DNA of 64,000 nucleotides, from the NCBI GenBank assembly GCA_963675785.1, contig OY776562.1, positions 2,752,001-2,816,000 on the forward strand, written 5' to 3'. Position numbers and translations under genes: made by a program. Positions within the stretch are counted from its first letter, which is position 1. Every line of letters starts with the position of its first letter. Below the pieces are notes generated by a model. The model saw only the letters and a list, made by a program, of their open reading frames with translations. It ran no database searches and was not told the origin of the DNA. This stretch comes from Anaerolineae bacterium (lineage in GTDB: Bacteria > Chloroflexota > Anaerolineae > UBA1429). This document shows, piece after piece, positions 18,800-28,579 of this stretch.

Positions 18800-19537
18800 A
18801 TGATCGTCTATCCGGCAATTGATCTTCGCCAAGGTCGCTGTGTCCGCTTGCGGCAAGGTGACTTTGGCGCAGAAACTGTTTTCAACGACGACCCGGCCAG
18901 CGCCGCAGCCCGCTGGGTTGACGAAGGTGCCGAATGGCTGCATGTGGTAAATCTCGATGGGGCACTGGGCGTCAACGGCGAAAGCAACCTTGCAGCCATC
19001 GAACGTATTCGACGCACTGTGAATATCCCCATTCAAGTTGGCGGAGGCATTCGCTCACTGAAAGACGTGCAGCAACTTTTTAATGCAGGTATCAACCGCA
19101 TCATCTTGGGCACGGTGGCCGCCGATGATCCCGACTTGGTGCAAGAATTTGTAGAGACCTTTGGTCCAGAATCTGTCGTCATCGGTATTGACGCACGAGA
19201 TGGCATTGTCACCACTCATGGCTGGACCCAATCCGCGGGTATCCAGGCCATTGATCTTGCTTTGCGTATGGGGCAGTTAGGCATCAAGCGCCTAATCTAC
19301 ACCGATATCAGCAGAGACGGTATGCTGACCGGCCCCAACGTTCTGGCCACTGTAGAACTGGCAGAACGCACCGGGCTTTCTGTCATCGCCTCGGGCGGCG
19401 TCTCTTCTATCGAGGATGTCCAGATACTTGCTCAGCAACAAGCCGAAGGCATTGACGGCGTCATCATCGGCATGGCTCTCTATCGAGGTCGAATTGACCT
19501 CAGAGAAGCTATCGCATGCGCCCAGGAGGTAAACTAG
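18800..19537 (+). CDS. hisA: ProFAR isomerase
   Basis: MIVYPAIDLRQGRCVRL, LHVVNLDGA, GGGIR, TDISRDGML. Confidence 0.97.
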   Translation: MIVYPAIDLRQGRCVRLRQGDFGAETVFNDDPASAAARWVDEGAEWLHVVNLDGALGVNGESNLAAIERIRRTVNIPIQVGGGIRSLKDVQQLFNAGINRIILGTVAADDPDLVQEFVETFGPESVVIGIDARDGIVTTHGWTQSAGIQAIDLALRMGQLGIKRLIYTDISRDGMLTGPNVLATVELAERTGLSVIASGGVSSIEDVQILAQQQAEGIDGVIIGMALYRGRIDLREAIACAQEVN

Positions 19538-20296
19538 ATGTTAGCCAAACGAATCATACCCTGCCTGGATGTCATGAACGGGCGCGTCGTCAAAGGGATT
19601 AATTTTATCGAGCTGCGTGATGCCGGTGACCCGGTAGAACAAGCAGCCATTTATAGCGATGAGCGTGCGGATGAACTGGTCTTTCTCGACATAACTGCCT
19701 CGCACGAACAACGCAACATCGTTGCCAACATGGTTCGCAAGGTGGCCGACACCATCAACATCCCCTTTACTGTGGGCGGCGGATTGCGCACCGTCGATGA
19801 CTTACGGGCCATTCTGCTAGCAGGCGCCGACAAGACCTCCATCAATAGCTCTGCCGTCAAAACACCTGAACTCATCACCGACGGAGCCAAGCGCTTTGGT
19901 TCGCAGTGTATCGTCGTGGCCATCGATTGCCGCCGAGAGACCGATGGCAGCTATCAGGTCTATGTCAACGGCGGCCGCATTCCTACTGGGCTAGAAGCCG
20001 TAGCCTGGGCCAAAGAGGTGGAAAGTCGCGGCGCTGGCGAAATCCTACTCACCTCGATGGACAAAGACGGCACTCAAAACGGCTACGAGTTGGCTATCAC
20101 CCGCCGTATCGCCGATGCCGTACGCATTCCGGTGATTGCTTCGGGCGGGGCCGGCAAGCTGGAGGATTTCAGCGATGTACTCACCGAGGGGCACGCCAGC
20201 GCAGCATTAGCGGCCTCGTTGTTCCATTTCAAACAGCTTTCCGTGGGGCAGGTCAAGGCTTATTTAAGAGAACAGCTCATTCCCGTTCGCAACTAA
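19538..20296 (+). CDS. hisF: Imidazole glycerol phosphate synthase cyclase subunit
   Basis: [33 protein letters not shown]. Confidence 0.97.
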   Translation: MLAKRIIPCLDVMNGRVVKGINFIELRDAGDPVEQAAIYSDERADELVFLDITASHEQRNIVANMVRKVADTINIPFTVGGGLRTVDDLRAILLAGADKTSINSSAVKTPELITDGAKRFGSQCIVVAIDCRRETDGSYQVYVNGGRIPTGLEAVAWAKEVESRGAGEILLTSMDKDGTQNGYELAITRRIADAVRIPVIASGGAGKLEDFSDVLTEGHASAALAASLFHFKQLSVGQVKAYLREQLIPVRN

Positions 20297-20312
20297 TGCT
20301 TGGAGTCAATTT

Positions 20313-20669
20313 ATGAAGACAGTGCTGTCTGGTGATCTCGATGTCGATCAACTCAAATGGGATGCCGTCGGCCTCATTCCGGCCATCGTTCAAAATGTTC
20401 ATTCAGGGCTTGTCCTAAGCCTGGCCTATGTCAACAAAGAGTCCTTGAAACTTTGCTTTCAAGAGGGAGAGACCTGGTTCTGGAGTCGGAGCCGCGGCTG
20501 TCTCTGGCACAAAGGAGAGACATCGGGAAATATCCAGACCATCTGCGAAATACGCTATGATTGTGATGCAGACGCCTTGTTGATGCTCGTAGAACCTGCG
20601 GGTCCGGCCTGTCACACAGGGGCCGAGAGCTGCTTTTACCGTACACTTGGCAAACAGGAGACACTGTGA
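20313..20669 (+). CDS. hisI: Phosphoribosyl-AMP cyclohydrolase
   Basis: [27 protein letters not shown]. Confidence 0.95.
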   Translation: MKTVLSGDLDVDQLKWDAVGLIPAIVQNVHSGLVLSLAYVNKESLKLCFQEGETWFWSRSRGCLWHKGETSGNIQTICEIRYDCDADALLMLVEPAGPACHTGAESCFYRTLGKQETL

Positions 20670-20947
20670 GCGATACTATCAGCGCCTTGAACGCAACTAT
20701 CAGAGAACGCAAAGAGAACCCTAAAGAAGGCTCGTATACCAGCCATCTTTTCTCTGAGGGATTGATTGAAATCAGCAAAAAAGTAGGTGAAGAGGCTGTC
20801 GAAGTAGTGGTGGCAAGTCATGCTCAATCCGATGACCGCGTCATCTATGAAAGCGCTGACCTGATTTATCACTTGTTGGTCTTACTCACCGAGAGGGGAC
20901 TAACCTGGGAACAGGTTGAAGAAGAACTGCGCAATCGTTTCAAGTAA
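20666..20947 (+). CDS. hisE: Phosphoribosyl-ATP diphosphatase
   Basis: [20 protein letters not shown]. Confidence 0.95.
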   Translation: MSDTISALNATIRERKENPKEGSYTSHLFSEGLIEISKKVGEEAVEVVVASHAQSDDRVIYESADLIYHLLVLLTERGLTWEQVEEELRNRFK

Positions 20948-20950
20948 CGG

Positions 20951-20978
20951 AAAAGAGGCCGGCTGTGCCGGCCCCTTT
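20951..20978. terminator. Intrinsic terminator between hisE and def
   Basis: AAAAGAGGCCGGC-TGT-GCCGGCCCCTTT. Confidence 0.7.
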
Positions 20979-20996
20979 GAATTAATCCCTACTCTG

Positions 20997-21512
20997 CTAT
21001 TCCTCTGGCTCTAGATCATAACGATAAAGCTTGTCTGCACTTTCGATTCGGTCCACGAACAAAACGCCCTCCAGATGGTCAATCTCATGCTGAAGTACTT
21101 CAGCAAAATAGCCTGTGGCGCGTATGCGTAAAGGTTTGCCATCCAGATCCTGGGCCTTGACCTTGACGCTTGTCGCTCTCTTGACCCAGCCCCTATAGCC
21201 AGGTACCGACAAGCAACCTTCTTCCATCTCTTCTTCGCCGTATGCTTTGACGATCTCGGGGTTGACCAGAGCGTATTCCTCAGCCGGGGCAATCTCATCG
21301 CCCTCTTCGTCAATCTCGGCCGGTATGCCAATGACGATGAACCGTTGCATCAAGCCGATCTGCGGAGCGGCCAGGCCAACACCGGGCGCGTCGTACATCG
21401 TTTCAAACATATCCTCAGCCAAACGCTTGAGGTCATCGTCGAACTTGACCACTTTGTGTGACTTGGTTCGCAGAAGCGGGTCTTCGGCTGTCACAATGTC
21501 GAGAATAGCCAT
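20997..21512 (-). CDS. def: Peptide deformylase
   Basis: GVGLAAPQIG, EGCLS, QHEIDHLEG. Confidence 0.97.
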   Translation of the reverse strand: MAILDIVTAEDPLLRTKSHKVVKFDDDLKRLAEDMFETMYDAPGVGLAAPQIGLMQRFIVIGIPAEIDEEGDEIAPAEEYALVNPEIVKAYGEEEMEEGCLSVPGYRGWVKRATSVKVKAQDLDGKPLRIRATGYFAEVLQHEIDHLEGVLFVDRIESADKLYRYDLEPEE

Positions 21513-21601
21513 GAAAATTGCTTTTCCTTTTATATGCTGTCTACTCAACCAGACAAATTATAGGAAGCCTTGGTTATCGCTGTCAAAATATGCCTGTGCT
21601 G

Positions 21602-23665
21602 CTAGAGAATCAGAGAGCCCAGCTGATAAGCAAGTATCCCTGCAACAAGCGTCAGAAGGGTCAAAAAGAGAATGTTGAGCAAAGTCCACTTCCACGAGCC
21701 GGTCTCTTGTTTAATGACGGCCACCGTGGACGCGCAGGGAATAAACAACATCTGTGCTACTAAATAAGCTAGTCCGGCAGCCGTGCTCATATCGGCCCTC
21801 AATGCTTGAGACAACATCGCCGGGTCTTGGCTTACGTTATAGAGCACACTCATCGAAGAAATAGCATTCTCTTTGGCCACAAAGCTAGAAAGTAAGGCCA
21901 CCATTGGACGCCAACCGAGACCCATAAGCCGCCCAATAGGTTCGAGAAGGCGGCCAAACTGTGCCAAATAACTCGTCTCGATGTCCCCGGAGGGCAACGT
22001 CGAGAGAGCCCAAATTACTATCGACATGGCTAGAATCGTTGTGCCCGCCTTTTGCAAAAAGCCGAGTAGCTGGTTCCACACAAAGAGGGCAATCGTGCGC
22101 GCATTAGGCACATGGTAGAGCGGCATCTCCATGATAAAGATGTTGTCTTCATCCTTGAGATAGATCCGTTTGAGCACCATACCCATGAGGGCCAAGACAA
22201 CCAGCGGCAATCCCGTCAACAGCCAGGAAACCAGTGTCGCGTGCTGAGGGAAGAAAACAGGCACCAAAATGGTGAGTACGCCCAGGCGGGCCGCACAGGG
22301 CACCAGCGGAGCCAGCATAATGGTAGCAATGCGGCTGCGCTTATCCTCGATGACACGCGCTCCCATGATAGCGGGCACGTTGCATCCAAAACCCAAAAAG
22401 AGGGGCAGGAAACTCTTGCCGTGCAGACCGATCACGTGCATAAAACGATCGACCACATAGGCCGCGCGAGCCATATAGCCCACATCCTCCAGAATGCCCA
22501 TCACGATAAAAAAGATAAGCAAAATGGGCAAAAAGCTAATCATCAGCCCGGCGCCGCCGATAAGGCCATCAACCACGAGGCCCGACATCCAGGTGGGAGC
22601 AGAGGATAGAACAACAGCAAACCAGCGCGCCAAGCCTCCAACAACGTTTTCAGCCAACCATGATTGGAGAGGGCCACCGATAGAATAAGTAAGGTAAAAA
22701 GTAATCCCCAACACGGCTGCCAAAATGAGCAATCCCCAGAAAGGATGCGTTGCATATCGATCCAGGCGCGAAGTCAGAGTTACCTGCCCCGATCGTGGGC
22801 GTTTGAGAGCAGCTCGTGTCATTCGGCTGATCCACTCGTAACGACCGCTGGCTACGGCGAGCATGGCGTCTTCGTGGGCCTGCAAAATACTCTGCACCGG
22901 CTCCCATGAATCTGCCGGTAGTTGTAGCCGCATCATATCAATAACTTCACGGTCGCCCTCAAAAAGCTTGAGCGCCACCCAGTCCTGCGGATAAGGATCG
23001 GGAACATAGCCTTTGATGAGGGATTCGAGTTCTGCCAGAACTTGACGGTGATCCTCACGCACCTCGGGACGGTTTGGCTCCCCGGAAGGGCCGTGCAGGG
23101 CCACATCAATAGCCGCATCAATGAGTTCGTGGACTCCTATGCCTTTGGTAGCAATCATGGGAATAACAGGAACTCCGATGGCAGCTGCCAGCACTTCAGG
23201 ATTGACCTCAAAGCCCTCTTGCTTGGCAACGTCGATCATATTCAAACCGATGACAATAGGGGCAGGCAAAGCAAGTAATTCAGCAACGAGGTAGAGATTA
23301 CGCTCGATGCAGGCGGCGTTAATGACCACCATGACCACATCGGGGCGCTCGTGAATGATGTAATCACGCGTTACCGTCTCTTCGGGTGAAGAACAGGTGA
23401 GGCTATAAGCGCCAGGTAAATCGATGAGGTCGAGCACCAACCCATGATGATCCAAGGTTCCTGTACGTTGTTCGACTGTTTTTCCGGGCCAATTGCCCAC
23501 ATGTTGGTTGAGACCGGTGAGAATATTGAATACCGTACTCTTACCAACATTTGGCTGGCCGGCGAGGGCAATAGATAAGCGCTTGCGAGGCTCTCTCGGA
23601 GAAGATTGCTCCAGAGAATGCTCGGGGGGTCTATGATGTGGATGTGCTCGAAGGTGGTTATGCAT
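21602..23665 (-). CDS. feoB: Ferrous iron transporter FeoB with His-rich N-terminal extension
   Basis: GQPNVGKS, VGNWPGKTVE, DLPG, NMID, GFGCNVPA, IPC; exact start uncertain. Confidence 0.93.
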   Translation of the reverse strand: MHNHLRAHPHHRPPEHSLEQSSPREPRKRLSIALAGQPNVGKSTVFNILTGLNQHVGNWPGKTVEQRTGTLDHHGLVLDLIDLPGAYSLTCSSPEETVTRDYIIHERPDVVMVVINAACIERNLYLVAELLALPAPIVIGLNMIDVAKQEGFEVNPEVLAAAIGVPVIPMIATKGIGVHELIDAAIDVALHGPSGEPNRPEVREDHRQVLAELESLIKGYVPDPYPQDWVALKLFEGDREVIDMMRLQLPADSWEPVQSILQAHEDAMLAVASGRYEWISRMTRAALKRPRSGQVTLTSRLDRYATHPFWGLLILAAVLGITFYLTYSIGGPLQSWLAENVVGGLARWFAVVLSSAPTWMSGLVVDGLIGGAGLMISFLPILLIFFIVMGILEDVGYMARAAYVVDRFMHVIGLHGKSFLPLFLGFGCNVPAIMGARVIEDKRSRIATIMLAPLVPCAARLGVLTILVPVFFPQHATLVSWLLTGLPLVVLALMGMVLKRIYLKDEDNIFIMEMPLYHVPNARTIALFVWNQLLGFLQKAGTTILAMSIVIWALSTLPSGDIETSYLAQFGRLLEPIGRLMGLGWRPMVALLSSFVAKENAISSMSVLYNVSQDPAMLSQALRADMSTAAGLAYLVAQMLFIPCASTVAVIKQETGSWKWTLLNILFLTLLTLVAGILAYQLGSLIL

Positions 23666-23684
23666 GTGCACCTTCGTGGCCTTT

Positions 23685-23924
23685 CTAAGCCGATTTGCGG
23701 ATAATAACACGCTCGGCCTGGCCTCGACCGAGCGCAACTTGAGTATCAAGAACGCGCACAATGACAGGGCTGGCCCCATGGTTGCGCACCATAATAACGC
23801 GCGCACCAGGGGTAAAACCAAGAGCAGCCAGACGCGCTACAAAACGTCGGCCGCCCTTCAAGGCAACAACCAAGCCACTATCATCGGGTAACAGATTAAG
23901 AAGCGTTAATTCAATTGCGTCCAA
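23685..23924 (-). CDS. feoA: FeoA family protein
   Basis: RLAALGFTPG, PVIVRV, VALGRGQA; TTG start inferred. Confidence 0.88.
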   Translation of the reverse strand: MDAIELTLLNLLPDDSGLVVALKGGRRFVARLAALGFTPGARVIMVRNHGASPVIVRVLDTQVALGRGQAERVIIRKSA

Positions 23925-24096
23925 AAAAACTTCCGTTCTAAGGGCCTTTCGGCGGCCTCTGGCATAAACCAAACACACTCTAGCCCTAGCAGAGCCTGCT
24001 GTCAAGAAGACATTAGGCTTTACATATACTTTCATTGTTGGATGAACTGGCGAGCCTTGTTATAATCTCATAAATCCCTGATAGTAGGAGGAACCC

Positions 24097-26331
24097 GTGA
24101 GAAAAGCACTCAGTCTGGTTCTAGTCTGTCTGCTGGCTTGCGTTTTATTGACATCTTGTGGTGGAGCCGAGGTGCCCGTAAGCGGCAAAATCATCAACGC
24201 TTTGGATAATACACCCGTCGTCGGAGCCGAGATTGTGATCAAAGGTTCCTCTGTTCAAACCGATTCTGATGGTGCCTTTGAACTGGTGGTTCGTGGCAAT
24301 CACGAATATCAGCTCACGGTATCAGCCGTCGGCTATGAATTTGCCCAAGTGAGTCTCGAGGTAAAAGATCAAGCCATCGCGTTGGATACCATCTCACTCG
24401 AACCGCGCATGTTGCAAGGCACTGTGCAAGATAGCGCAACAAGCTCACCCATCGCAGGCGCCCTCCTATCTCTGGGAGACGAATCGACGATCTCTAATGA
24501 AGCTGGCTTTTTCGAATTCCTGTCAGCCTCTCAAGAGGGTATCACTATCAACGCCTCTGGGTTTACAGCAGAGGTCATCAATCGCGAGACCATTGACGCC
24601 CTCTATGATGAAAATGGACTACAAAAAGAAACTGTCATTTTTGAACTGTCTCCTCGCACTGTTTCCATCACCCTAAAAGACGAACAGGGTGCAGCAGTCT
24701 CTGGCGCAGAGGTAACCGCCGGCAACCAAACCGTTCTTTCTGGTGTCGACGGCACTTGCGAAATCAAGTATATCGATCCGAATACGCCCATCGTCATAAC
24801 GGCAGATGGCTTGCGAACTATCGAGACGCAGAGCGGAGATAAGACTTTTCTCGATTTATCGATGGATACTTGGCAAGCACAGGTCATTGTTGTAGATGCG
24901 GCCAGCGGCGAGCCCCTTGAGGCGACCCTCGTTCTCGATGGCAACGAGATGAGCGTGCCCGTAGAGGGACTCAGCTTGGCTATTGAGCCCGGGACCTTGG
25001 TTACCGCATCCTGTGATCGCTATACTTCTGCAGAGACAACTTTTTCAGGCGAGCCCGTTTGGGAGATTAGCCTGAGCTCGGTTGATCTGACTGGCAGCCT
25101 TACCGATGGAGAAACCGGCGAGCCCATTGTTGGCGCATTGGTGCAGGTTTACACCGGCGATGAAGAAAATGACCCCGTGATGCAGCGCACCGCTGATGAT
25201 GGTTCGTTTACTGTGCAGAACGTGCCCACAGCCAATGAGGTTTACATCAAAGCGCCGGGGTATCGCACAGTTTCGGTGCCAGTGACCGATACCACCGAGT
25301 TGGATCTCAATCTGGAGCCCTTTGAGGCCCAGGCCATCTACGTGCCCTTTGCCCTGCTCACCGTGCCCGAAGTGATCACCGATTTGCTTGATATGGTAGA
25401 CCGTACGGCTCTAAACAGTATCGTGGTGGATGTACGCGGCGATTATTCCTACATCGCTTGGCAAAGCGACAATCCCATTGCCCAGCAAGTTGATAACTAT
25501 TACGAAGGCGTTATGGACCTCAACGATCTCGTAGAAGAATGTCACGAGCGGGGTATCTATGTCATTGCCCGTATGGTCATGTTCAAGGATGACATTGTGG
25601 CCACTACCATCACCGACTGGGCTATCAAAGCGCCTGCAGATGAAGGCGGCCTCTATTACGATTATGAGGGCCTCACATGGTTGGATCCTTATCTCCCTGA
25701 AGTAGTTGAGTATGAGGCCGATCTCATGTCCGAGGTTCTAGAGTTCGGTTTTGACGAGATACAGATGGACTATTTACGCTTTCCTTCGGATGGCCGTGCT
25801 TTTAGCCTGATCTACTCGCAAGAAAGTGAATACGAAACACGTATTGCCGCCATCGAGAGCTTTACGGCAGCCATGTATGATGTCGTCGAACCTTCGCGAG
25901 CTTTTCTCTCAGCAGACGTCTTTGGCATGACCCCCTGGACGGATGTTGATTTTGATATGGGTATCGGCCAGCGTGTTGAGGATATTGCCCCTCACGTCGA
26001 CTATATCTCACCCATGCTGTACCCGACGACCTTTGCCAATGGTTCGATCGGCTATGCTGATCCATCTCTTTATCCATATGAGGTGGTGTACTATAGCGTG
26101 GTAGAAATGCAGACCAGGACCTTGACCAAAGTGCGCCCATGGTTGCAGCATTATTCGATCTATGACTATGTGTACGGCACCAACGAACTGCTCGAGGAAC
26201 GCAAAGGCGCTGAAGATGGCGGCAGTTGCGGGTGGATGTTCTGGAATTCGGGCGCCCTGTATAACGAAACCGTCATGGGTTATGACCCTTATTCAGCCTA
26301 TCCCAATTTGCCCAACCCACCTACAGAATAA
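24097..26331 (+). CDS. Acidic lipoprotein with several carboxypeptidase-regulatory-like beta-sandwich repeats and C-terminal DUF4015-type putative glycoside hydrolase
   Basis: Lipobox LTSC; repeated G.V.D..T..PI.GA modules; NSIVVDVRG, YVIARMVMFKD, WLDPY, GFDEIQMDYLRFP, SADVFG, YISPMLYP, RPWLQ. Confidence 0.8.
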   Translation: MRKALSLVLVCLLACVLLTSCGGAEVPVSGKIINALDNTPVVGAEIVIKGSSVQTDSDGAFELVVRGNHEYQLTVSAVGYEFAQVSLEVKDQAIALDTISLEPRMLQGTVQDSATSSPIAGALLSLGDESTISNEAGFFEFLSASQEGITINASGFTAEVINRETIDALYDENGLQKETVIFELSPRTVSITLKDEQGAAVSGAEVTAGNQTVLSGVDGTCEIKYIDPNTPIVITADGLRTIETQSGDKTFLDLSMDTWQAQVIVVDAASGEPLEATLVLDGNEMSVPVEGLSLAIEPGTLVTASCDRYTSAETTFSGEPVWEISLSSVDLTGSLTDGETGEPIVGALVQVYTGDEENDPVMQRTADDGSFTVQNVPTANEVYIKAPGYRTVSVPVTDTTELDLNLEPFEAQAIYVPFALLTVPEVITDLLDMVDRTALNSIVVDVRGDYSYIAWQSDNPIAQQVDNYYEGVMDLNDLVEECHERGIYVIARMVMFKDDIVATTITDWAIKAPADEGGLYYDYEGLTWLDPYLPEVVEYEADLMSEVLEFGFDEIQMDYLRFPSDGRAFSLIYSQESEYETRIAAIESFTAAMYDVVEPSRAFLSADVFGMTPWTDVDFDMGIGQRVEDIAPHVDYISPMLYPTTFANGSIGYADPSLYPYEVVYYSVVEMQTRTLTKVRPWLQHYSIYDYVYGTNELLEERKGAEDGGSCGWMFWNSGALYNETVMGYDPYSAYPNLPNPPTE

Positions 26332-26341
26332 GCTGCTCAAC

Positions 26342-26385
26342 AAAAAAAACGGTCAGGTCGAATAAACGACCTGACCGTTTTCTTT
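26342..26385. terminator. Bidirectional intrinsic terminator
   Basis: AAAACGGTCAGGTCG-AATAAA-CGACCTGACCGTTTT. Confidence 0.9.
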
Positions 26386-26388
26386 ATT

Positions 26389-27507
26389 CTAGATGACAGA
26401 ATTGCCGTAAATCTTCATCACAGTACGATGAATGGGCTCATTTCCCTCTAGCGCCAACTCTGGAGTTGGGGTTGAGGCCTCATCGGGCTTGTCACTAATG
26501 CCAAAAACCAGCACTCCCTGCTCTTTGAGGTGCAGCGCCAAACTAGCCACCTCGCCCGTAATGACAATTTCACTATTGAGGACCTCTTTTTCAGAAGCAT
26601 CCCCGCCTAGCACGTTCATGCGGGCTACTGTTTCCAGATACTCGCCGCGTCGAAACTCTTTGAATGGCGTTGGGTCGTTTTGGGCAATGCCTTCTTGAAC
26701 CTGCTCATGCGCAGCCAACAGGGGCAAAGACATGGCGCTGCGCCGCCCATCACACAGAGCAACCACATCGTCAATGGAGGCTATTGCCCCCTCGCCGATC
26801 CGTTTCCACAATTCGTCGACAGGGATGACATCCCCCGCCACCATGAGGCATACATAGGCCAAGTAATCCTGATTGTCGGCCGTTACATGGTGATTTGTCG
26901 GTTGATTCAGAGGATTGTAAACCGCCAGAAAGGCTTGCTTATCAAAGGTATCGCCAAGCGCAGCACGCATGGTTCGTTCCACCGCAGAAACGCGGGCACC
27001 ATCGATAACCTGATCATTACGGCCACGTGCGCCTAGTGAGGTTTTGTCGAGGTCGATGAGTAAAGCAGTACGCTCATCGCAAGGCACATTTTCTTCAAGC
27101 AAACTCTGCCAAAAATCTGCTAGCATCCCCCAACGGTTGGCCACCATGAGCACATCTTTTATCTCACAAATAGCAGGTTCCTTGAGCCGATCTGCACCGA
27201 TAAAGCCACGCACTGGCCAGTAACTACCCACGTTCCGCGCAGCACCGCCATCATTGAGCATGGTATCACCAATGAACAAAATATTCCGCAACGGAGCCAA
27301 GCCACGCTGTTCCTGCGCTATCCTCAAAAAGTGAGCAAGTGTGCGTGCATACTCGGGTGATGTCTTGCGGGGTACCGCGCTGTCCAATAATCCAATCTGC
27401 TGCCAGCTGGCACTCAACCCCGGGATATCCTGTGTTTGCGGTTCGAGATTACGATAGACAACATAATCCTCAAAAAAGTCGGCCAATCTCCCTGTGCACC
27501 AAACCAC
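26389..27507 (-). CDS. Hypothetical protein with HAD-like motifs, translationally coupled to asd
   Basis: GTG start overlaps the asd TAG; FIGDT..ND, LLIDLDKT and FGISDK motifs. Confidence 0.7.
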   Translation of the reverse strand: MVWCTGRLADFFEDYVVYRNLEPQTQDIPGLSASWQQIGLLDSAVPRKTSPEYARTLAHFLRIAQEQRGLAPLRNILFIGDTMLNDGGAARNVGSYWPVRGFIGADRLKEPAICEIKDVLMVANRWGMLADFWQSLLEENVPCDERTALLIDLDKTSLGARGRNDQVIDGARVSAVERTMRAALGDTFDKQAFLAVYNPLNQPTNHHVTADNQDYLAYVCLMVAGDVIPVDELWKRIGEGAIASIDDVVALCDGRRSAMSLPLLAAHEQVQEGIAQNDPTPFKEFRRGEYLETVARMNVLGGDASEKEVLNSEIVITGEVASLALHLKEQGVLVFGISDKPDEASTPTPELALEGNEPIHRTVMKIYGNSVI

Positions 27508-28562
27508 TAGATCAACCCCTTTGCCACCATGATTTCGGCATTCAGGATCGAACCACCAGCGGCACCTCGGATGGTATTATGCGATAGCACGACGAACTTG
27601 TAATCCAGTAACTCACAAGGGCGAACGCGGCCCACAGATATCGCCATGCCTGCGCCTTGATTCCGGTCAAGATAAGGTTGTGGACGGTCGTTTTCCTCGC
27701 GCACAATAATGGTTGGATCAACCGCCGAAGGACACCCCAGTGCAGCAGGAATGCTCTTAAACTCTTTAAAGGCGGCAACGACCTCTGCAAGTTCTGCCTT
27801 GCGCCCCAACGCCACCGAAACCACTTCCATGTGGCCATCGCGAGTGGCTACCCGATTACATGAAGGGCTAACGCGAATTTGGGCCATATCGATACATCCG
27901 GCAGTCTCATTCAAAGATCCGAGGAGTTTGCAGGGCTCTGAGACTAATTTATCCTCTTCATTGCCGATGTAGGGAACAACATTATCCAGGCTATCCAGAG
28001 CAGGCACGCCCGGATACCCCGCCCCTGAAAGGGCCTGCATGGTAGTGACAAAGACCTTTTCCACACCAAAAGCATCGTGCAAGGGCTTGAGAGCCAGGGT
28101 CATGCCCACTGTGGAACAATTGGGGTCGGTTACAATAAAGCCTTTGTCCCAACCACGATTCTTGCGTTGTACCGCAAGCAAACCAAGATGATCAGAGTTC
28201 ACTTCGGGAATCAAGAGGGGGACGTCCACATCCATTCTGTGGGTACTGGCATTGCTCAAAACACCGTATCCGGCCGCAGCAAAAGCCTCCTCGATGGGCC
28301 CCGCACTGCTGGATGGCAGCGCAGAGAATACCAGGTCGCAATCGAGGGGCGGTTCGCAGGGCTGTACAATCAAGTTGCGCACACTGGCCGGGCAATCCGC
28401 CGATACACGCCATACACAGGCCTCGGCATAAGGTTTACCCACCGATCGCTCAGAGGCGGCCACAGCAGTGATCTCAAACCACGGGTTTTTGTCCAGCAAT
28501 TCAATAAAGCGCTGACCTACAGCTCCTGTAGCGCCAAGTATGCCGACTCGCCTGGGTTCCAT
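27507..28562 (-). CDS. asd: Aspartate-semialdehyde dehydrogenase (archaeal/fungal-type)
   Basis: GATGAVGQRF, AASERSVGKPY, PNCST, QALSGAGYPG, HNTIRGAAG. Confidence 0.95.
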   Translation of the reverse strand: MEPRRVGILGATGAVGQRFIELLDKNPWFEITAVAASERSVGKPYAEACVWRVSADCPASVRNLIVQPCEPPLDCDLVFSALPSSSAGPIEEAFAAAGYGVLSNASTHRMDVDVPLLIPEVNSDHLGLLAVQRKNRGWDKGFIVTDPNCSTVGMTLALKPLHDAFGVEKVFVTTMQALSGAGYPGVPALDSLDNVVPYIGNEEDKLVSEPCKLLGSLNETAGCIDMAQIRVSPSCNRVATRDGHMEVVSVALGRKAELAEVVAAFKEFKSIPAALGCPSAVDPTIIVREENDRPQPYLDRNQGAGMAISVGRVRPCELLDYKFVVLSHNTIRGAAGGSILNAEIMVAKGLI

Positions 28563-28579
28563 ATCTCGTCTCCTCGAGT

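Noticed and set aside
24011-24031. DtxR/MntR box upstream of feoA (TTAGGC...)
   Set aside because: Only one half-site matches; no palindromic partner
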